A DNA stretch of 64,000 nucleotides from the human T2T-CHM13v2.0 reference genome, Homo sapiens. The first letter of the stretch is position 1. Every line of letters begins with the position of its first letter. The translations under genes and the position numbers were made by a program. Shown one piece after another: positions 57,666 to 64,000 of this stretch. Where the stretch lies: the NCBI GenBank assembly GCA_009914755.4, contig CP068257.2, positions 41,984,001-42,048,000 on the forward strand, written 5' to 3'. Below the pieces are notes generated by a model. That model saw nothing but the letters and a program-made list of their open reading frames with translations, ran no database searches and was not told the DNA's origin.

Positions 57666-58347
57666 TAAGAAAGACAGACCAGCCCTTACCTAGTCATACC
57701 GCAGTACAGCGTGGGAAGTGATGCAAGCCTAGGGCTCCCTGCAGCCTGCCCACCTTCCTATCCTGGGCTCTCCCTAACCACCAAAGCAAGAGGGCAGACT
57801 GCTCTCATGTGTGGGTACTGCGATGTTTTGGTTTGGTTTTTATTATTTTAACTAGATGGATTTTCAATGGCCTAGGAAGGTTTTAATTGGATACTCTATG
57901 AAGGTAAAAAATGTAATTTCTCAGGATCCCTTTCATTTGCTCTTATGGTCAATGGTCCCCCCGGGAAAGGCTGATGCTGTAAGCTTTGTTACATTTGGAC
58001 AAGTCAGTGAAGTTACCCCATACCCGTCATTCACTAGGGACACTTGGAATTGGGAAAGGCACCAGCAAGCTGGTTGGAATGCAGAGACTGCATTAGCCAA
58101 GCGTCCGGGGTCCAGCCATGGAGGGTGTCACCGAGGGCTTGTGATCCCTTGCCTTGCCTTGGTTGAGAAATCCACAAAGCTTTTTTAAGTCTGTAATTCC
58201 TGTGTCAGCAGCGCTCAGGTTTGGGTGGGAGAAACGGTGAGGAACGATGATGATGAGGCAGAAATTGGGAGGGGTGCTGCTCTTAGGCCCCTGGGGCAGA
58301 GTCTTGAGCGCCTGGGGAAGCTAACAGTGTGTCACTCTGGCATCTAG

Positions 58348-58479
58348 GAAGCAGTATATCTCAACTCAGTTTTGCGGAGGACATTTCTGCTGATGAAGAT
58401 GACCAAATCCTCAGTCAAGGAAAGCATAAGAAGAAAGGAAATAAACTTTTAGAGAAAACTAACTTGGAAAAGGAGAAAG
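58348..58479 (+). CDS. RRP1B: RRP1B exon 12 (G SSISQLSFAEDISADEDDQILSQGKHKKKGNKLLEKTNLEKEK + g)
   Basis: Acceptor CATCTAG|GAAGCAG and donor GAGAAAG|GTAAGC. Confidence 0.9.
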
Positions 58480-59059
58480 GTAAGCTGTAAAGCTAAAAAG
58501 AAGGGCACGACTCAGCCCTTGGGGAGCGGCATGCACCATGGAGGCCTCGGAGACTTGAGCTCGTGCCGTCATAAAGCATTAGCAGAGCCCAAAGCTTCAG
58601 TCTTTAATGGCTGAGAGGTAAAGGCGGTTTTCCAAGTGTTGTGCTGTTTTTGGTGGAGCCGCGTCCCCACCTCACCCCGCTCACGTCCGCCTGCTCTCCA
58701 GGGCACCTCTGCAGGGAAGCAGGAGCTGCAGGGAGCACTGGGGGGCGGCTGTTTGATGACCACTCGAGATCTATGGTTTTTACCCTTGAGCCCTAAAATT
58801 AGTGGAAATGGGACTATTTCAGTTCCATATGTGTTTATAAACGGACAGAAGGAAGGCTTCCAGTCACAGTTGGGGATGGAGGAAGTGGGACCAGACGACA
58901 AAGGTAGTGGGCGCACCAAGTACCTCAAGGGAGACAGGAACTTTCCTCGTGGTAGAATGTCAGGAAATTGCGTCCGCCAGTCATACTGTCTGAGAATCGC
59001 CAGCAGGACTCTGGCCCAGCTGGCACTGGGTGCTTGTTGATGGGTTTCTGTCTTTTTAG

Positions 59060-59784
59060 GAAGCAGAGTCTTTTGTGTAGAGGAAGAGGACAGTGAAAGC
59101 AGTCTTCAAAAGAGAAGAAGGAAGAAGAAGAAGAAGCACCACCTGCAGCCTGAAAATCCAGGCCCAGGGGGTGCAGCCCCGTCCCTGGAACAGAACCGGG
59201 GCAGGGAGCCCGAGGCCTCTGGGCTGAAAGCCCTGAAGGCACGTGTGGCCGAGCCAGGTGCAGAGGCCACGTCCAGCACTGGGGAGGAGAGTGGCTCCGA
59301 GCATCCTCCAGCCGTCCCCATGCACAATAAAAGGAAACGGCCACGGAAGAAGAGCCCGAGGGCCCACAGGGAAATGTTGGAATCAGCAGTGTTGCCCCCA
59401 GAGGACATGTCTCAGAGTGGCCCGAGTGGCAGTCATCCTCAGGGACCTAGAGGGTCCCCGACAGGTGGAGCCCAACTCCTAAAAAGGAAGCGGAAACTTG
59501 GAGTTGTGCCCGTCAATGGCAGTGGCCTGTCCACGCCGGCCTGGCCTCCATTGCAGCAGGAAGGCCCTCCCACAGGCCCCGCAGAGGGGGCGAACAGCCA
59601 CACCACGCTGCCCCAGCGCAGGAGGCTGCAGAAAAAGAAGGCAGGGCCCGGCAGCCTGGAGCTCTGTGGCCTGCCCAGCCAGAAAACAGCAAGTTTGAAA
59701 AAGAGGAAGAAAATGAGAGTGATGTCAAACTTGGTGGAGCACAACGGGGTGCTGGAGTCCGAAGCTGGGCAACCCCAGGCTCTG
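59060..59784 (+). CDS. RRP1B: RRP1B exon 13, a large 725-nt basic/K-R-rich exon (GSRVFCVEEEDSESSLQKRRRKKKKKHHLQPENPG...MRVMSNLVEHNGVLESEAGQPQAL)
   Basis: Acceptor TCTTTTTAG|GAAGCAGAG and donor GCTCTG|GTAAGG. The in-frame ORF track 59245-59910 covers its 3' two-thirds. Confidence 0.9.
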
Positions 59785-60328
59785 GTAAGGTGGGAGCACC
59801 CACAGGCCAGCTCGCCACAGAGGCACTCACTCGCGTCCATGGGGCTCCACTGCCTCCTGAGAGGAAGGGTGGGGGCTGGCGGCCAGGCCTCTGGACTCAG
59901 CAGCAGTTAGAATAGGGTGTGTTCATAACAGCCTTCACTAAGGAGGAAATCACAGGTGACCAGTACTTCGGTCCTCCTCATCGGCCACCTTCACTCCCTT
60001 AGGCCACATGCTTGGGTTCGGGAGGGCCCACTCCAAGCTGGGAAAGTTATCCCTTGGGCCAGGCACTCCTGCCCCAGGCGTGTTCAGGCCAGTCTAGGCC
60101 TCTGTCAAAGGCAGGTCTGGTTTTCTTCATCAGCGCATGGCCAGTCCAGGCCCCTTTGGCAAAAGAGGAAGCCCAAAATTCTCTTGCTTCACTCACCTTC
60201 TTTTCTATATTCTTTTCTTTTCTTAGCTTCCCCCCTACCCCCCAGCTCAAGAAACTTCACTAGCAGGACCACTTATCTTCTTAATGGAAAGACTTTCCTT
60301 CCACTTTGATTTCTAGAGCCAGATATAA

Positions 60329-60882
<554 letters not shown>

Positions 60883-61831
60883 TAAGTGGACATGTGTGGA
60901 CCTGGTGAAGCGCTGGTTTGGGGCTAAGAGTGTCTGCAAGTGGCTAGTGAGTGAGTTTATGGTCAGGAAAGCCTTACCCAGGGGCAGCAGTGCACTGAGC
61001 TGGACGGCAGGAGGCCCATTTCTAGCCTCGAGTCTCTCCTACCTCACAGTGCCGCCATCTCCTCCCTGGACTGCAGCCTGCCCCTCGTACCCTCAGCGCT
61101 GCTCCCTCACTAAGAGGGCCAGAGACATTGCCTTTCTTGCTGTCGTCTCAGGCCCCTGGCAGCCTATTGTAAAGAGGATGGGGTGTTGCTCAATAAGTCC
61201 CAGGGTCAAGGGAAGCTTTCCCCTGCCATCTGTCATGGCACAGGGAAGGCGCACAGGAGAAGCTCCTCGGGCTTCCCTGCCCTCCAGGCGGCACACTTGA
61301 ACCTGCCGGAGCCACCCGTGTGTCGGCAGCGGCACTGGGCTGCCCACACCTCTGAGAGCCAAGTACGAGACCCGGTCTCTCTCTGGGTGGCTGTCAGTTG
61401 CTGCACACGCAATGAGTGTCCTGGGCCTGCCTGTGAGGGACCCACAGCCCCACATGGGCATCACTGTCCTCCACACCAGACTGCCAGCGCAGTGACGATT
61501 CAGCTACAAATGGGAGAGTCGATCTTATTAACAGATCGGCTTTGAAAGGCCAAAATCCCCATTTTGAAGATGAAGATAAAAGTGGGTCCTTACTCTGACG
61601 AGGCGTTTTCATCGCCCCTCTTGGCATGGTGCCATGATAGCGGTCGTGTTGTGCGTGAAGCCTGAGCTCTGCCGAATGGAAGGGCTGTCTGCAAGTGCGG
61701 TGCGGAAGACCGCGGGCCGTCGGGTGGGCTGGATCTGCCTGGGGCTCTGCCTTCCCCTCCTGTGTGTGTGGGCAGCACAGGAGGCTCTGTCGTCTGACCC
61801 CTCCTCCGCTTCTCACCCCTCGCTCACGTAG

Positions 61832-61984
61832 GGAAGCAGTGGGACTTGCAGTTCCCTGAAGAAGCAGAAGCTGAGGGCAGAGAGCGACTTTGTGAAGTTT
61901 GACACCCCCTTCTTACCAAAGCCCCTGTTCTTCAGAAGAGCCAAGAGCAGCACTGCCACCCACCCTCCAGGCCCTGCCGTCCAG
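61832..61984 (+). CDS. RRP1B: RRP1B exon 14 (GSSGTCSSLKKQKLRAESDFVKFDTPFLPKPLFFRRAKSSTATHPPGPAVQ)
   Basis: Acceptor CGCTCACGTAG|GGAAGC and donor GTCCAG|GTACGC. The exon is 153 nt and in frame. Confidence 0.88.
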
Positions 61985-62982
61985 GTACGCACCCTCCCCA
62001 GAGTGGCACAGCACATTTCACCACAAGGGCACAGATGGGCTTGAGCTGACAGTGCTTCCCATGCCGGGCCTGGAGCCCCACTGTGGCCCTCTGAGCCTGT
62101 CCACAGTGGACAGGTTCCACGGCCAGGGTAGCATAAGGTCTGAGTGGTCTGGGACCCACCCTGAGGGATCACAGTCAGGAAGGGGACTTTGAGGGGCGGT
62201 TGATCCACACATTCTGCCTCCCAGGGCTTCCGGCTCAGGGTTTGCAGAAACCAGTTTTCTCTCGTGAAATGTCACAGTGTTAAACACAAGTGGTGCAAGT
62301 CAGCAGTAGGAGGTCCACACAGAAATGTGGGTCAGAGCAGGAACTTGAGGCAGTGCTTCCTGATGCAGGCTGGATCCACTTCCAGGAATGTAAGTAGGAA
62401 AGAAGATAGTTGATTGTGGTGAACTGTTGGGATATGCAGATAGCTCAGAGTCCTTGTGCACAAAAAGCTGGAAACTGTGTGTCCATTGTCCATTGCAGTG
62501 AGATTCCATCATAGGCATCGTCTCATCGATGTCATAGAGTCTTCAAGTTAGAAGTTCAGAACTCTCCAGCAAAAGGCAGGGGAGTCTTGGCATTTTTCCT
62601 CACGGGTTCTCAGTGGTGAACTGTTTTTAGGACAGTTCAGGCATCCTCTCTGTTTGCCTTTCTTCCCTGGATCGTAGAACCCTGCAGCGGTAATGAGGCA
62701 GTGACCGCAGATGGGCCAAGAGTGTGGGCACCACTGACCCTGGGCTGGGGGGTTGCGTGTGTGGGACGCTGGGAAGGACAAAGGGCGGTCCTGGTGAAGC
62801 CCCGACAGGAGGGTCGGTTTCAGTCTTGGCCGCAGTCCCTTTGGCCTCTCCCTATATGTGCCACTCAGTAAGCAGCAGTGTGGGCGGCATACCCTCCAGG
62901 GCAGGTTCTCCAGAAAAATCTGACTAAGCGCCTCCACTGCACTTGCGTCACTCCTTTTGTTCCTGTTATTTCTCTTCTGCAG

Positions 62983-63046
62983 CTAAACAAGACACCATCC
63001 AGCTCCAAGAAAGTCACCTTTGGGCTGAACAGAAACATGACTGCCG
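62983..63046 (+). CDS. RRP1B: RRP1B exon 15 ([21 protein letters not shown] + g); the terminal exon is outside the window
   Basis: Acceptor TCTCTTCTGCAG|CTAAAC and donor ACTGCCG|GTAAGT. Confidence 0.88.
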
Positions 63047-63184
63047 GTAAGTGGGGTTTTGCCAGCGGCAAGCTTCTCTGGAGCACAGCTGCAGCTCCTG
63101 GCGCGGCTCGCAGCCTGGTTCCACAAGGCGGTCGGGGAAGAGGGGGGTCCTAGCTCCTCACTGCCCATTTCTTTATTTTTATTT

Positions 63185-63488
63185 TTTTTTTTTTTTGAGA
63201 CAGAGTCTCGCTGCTCTGTCACCCAGGCTGCAGTGCAGTGGCGAGATCTTGGCTCACTGCAACCTCCGCCCCCCCAGGTTCAAGCGATTCTCCTGCCTCA
63301 GGCTGCCGGGTAGCGGGTAGCTGGGATCACAGGTGCACGCCATCACATCCAGCTAATTTTTGTATTTTTAGTAAAGATGGAGTTTCACCATGTCAGCCAG
63401 GCTGGTCTCAAACTCCTGACCTCAGGTGATCTGCCTGCCTCGGCCTCCCAAAGATCTGGGATTACAAGCGTGAGCCACCGAGCCCGGC
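63185..63488 (-). mobile_element. AluS/Y with a clean 17-bp TSD CCTCACTGCCCATTTCT, 139 bp downstream of exon 15
   Basis: The TSD is at 63156-63172 and 63490-63506. T16 GAGACAGAGTCTCGCTGCTCTGTCACCCAGGCTGCAGTGCAGTGGCGAGATCTTGGCTCACTGCAACC... Confidence 0.9.
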
Positions 63489-63861
63489 CCCTCACTGCCC
63501 ATTTCTGAGTCAGAAGGAAGCACCTATGTGTCTGTCCCTCATCCTCAAAGGGCTGTGAGTGGGGTGCCAGTGGTGAGTGGGCAGCCAATTGCCTGGGACC
63601 TGTTAAGAGAAGCTACCTGGTGAGACGTGATCCAAAAAGCCGTTTTCCCAAGTGTCTTTCTAAATACTGAAAGCCGTCCCATAGAGAGGCCATTTGAGAT
63701 CGTAGTGCTCCATCAGCTGTAGCTGTCTCTCTGCGAAACTTCGGAACCACTTGCTTCTTGGGCGACAGAGAAGGGTAACCCCTATCTTCCTACTTTTCAT
63801 ATTGGTGCCATCCATTCGAGTTGCTTTTACAAAGGAAACCAAAGTTTTAAAAAGTAGTATA

Positions 63862-64000
63862 GGCCAGGCGCGGTGGCTCATGCCTGTAATCCCAACACTT
63901 TGGGAGGCCAAGGTGGGCAGATCATGAGGTCAGGAGTTCGAGACCAGCCTGGCCAACATGGTAAAACCCCGTCTCTACTAAAAATACAAAAATTACCTGG
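63862..64000 (+). mobile_element. Alu, cut by the window end
   Basis: GGCCAGGCGCGGTGGCTCATGCCTGTAATCCCAACACTTTGGGAGGCCAAGGTGGGCAGATCATGAGGTCAGGAGTTCGAGACC... Confidence 0.85.

Overview
This window is Alu-dense primate (human) genomic DNA. I count roughly 55 Alu copies, about a quarter of the bases. I recognise it as the head-to-head HSF2BP / RRP1B locus of chromosome 21q22.3; that assignment rests on recognising the two protein sequences, not on any search.

Minus strand: the first five coding exons of HSF2BP (MGEAGAAEEACR | HMGTKEEF...KIVEK | N-LERKEQ...REKK | EKLALRQQ...AILGG | DKALKFF...GIVT) run from 29639 down to 1866. Their 11-12 kb introns are filled with L1, Alu, MaLR-LTR, hAT and Tigger fragments.

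Plus strand: RRP1B exons 1-15, with the ATG at 31208 and the last exon in the window ending at 63046. The terminal exon must lie beyond 64000. I rebuilt the exon-intron structure by hand from GT/AG boundaries and reading-frame continuity. The summed coding length is 2083 nt, consistent with the 758-aa protein needing about 190 more nt.

The two ATGs are 1569 bp apart inside one CpG island of about 2.2 kb (about 29250-31500), so this is a shared or bidirectional promoter region. The exact transcription start sites cannot be fixed from sequence alone.

There are no prokaryotic-type features (operons, CRISPR). Almost every ORF in the supplied track is a repeat-, intron- or GC-driven artefact.

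Non-genic structure worth a second look:
- a compound CA/GCTCCC minisatellite of about 620 bp
- 58-bp and 29-bp VNTRs
- a 165-bp polypurine GGAA-type tract
- a T27 run sitting in the polypyrimidine region of RRP1B exon 5
- a 20-nt micro-exon
- abutting inverted Alu pairs
- an Alu inside the CpG island that has kept its CpGs
- an in-frame AAG coding repeat
- two same-orientation MER1 copies bracketing RRP1B exons 3-6

All coordinates for repeats are approximate (about +/-10 bp). Exon boundaries were counted base by base.
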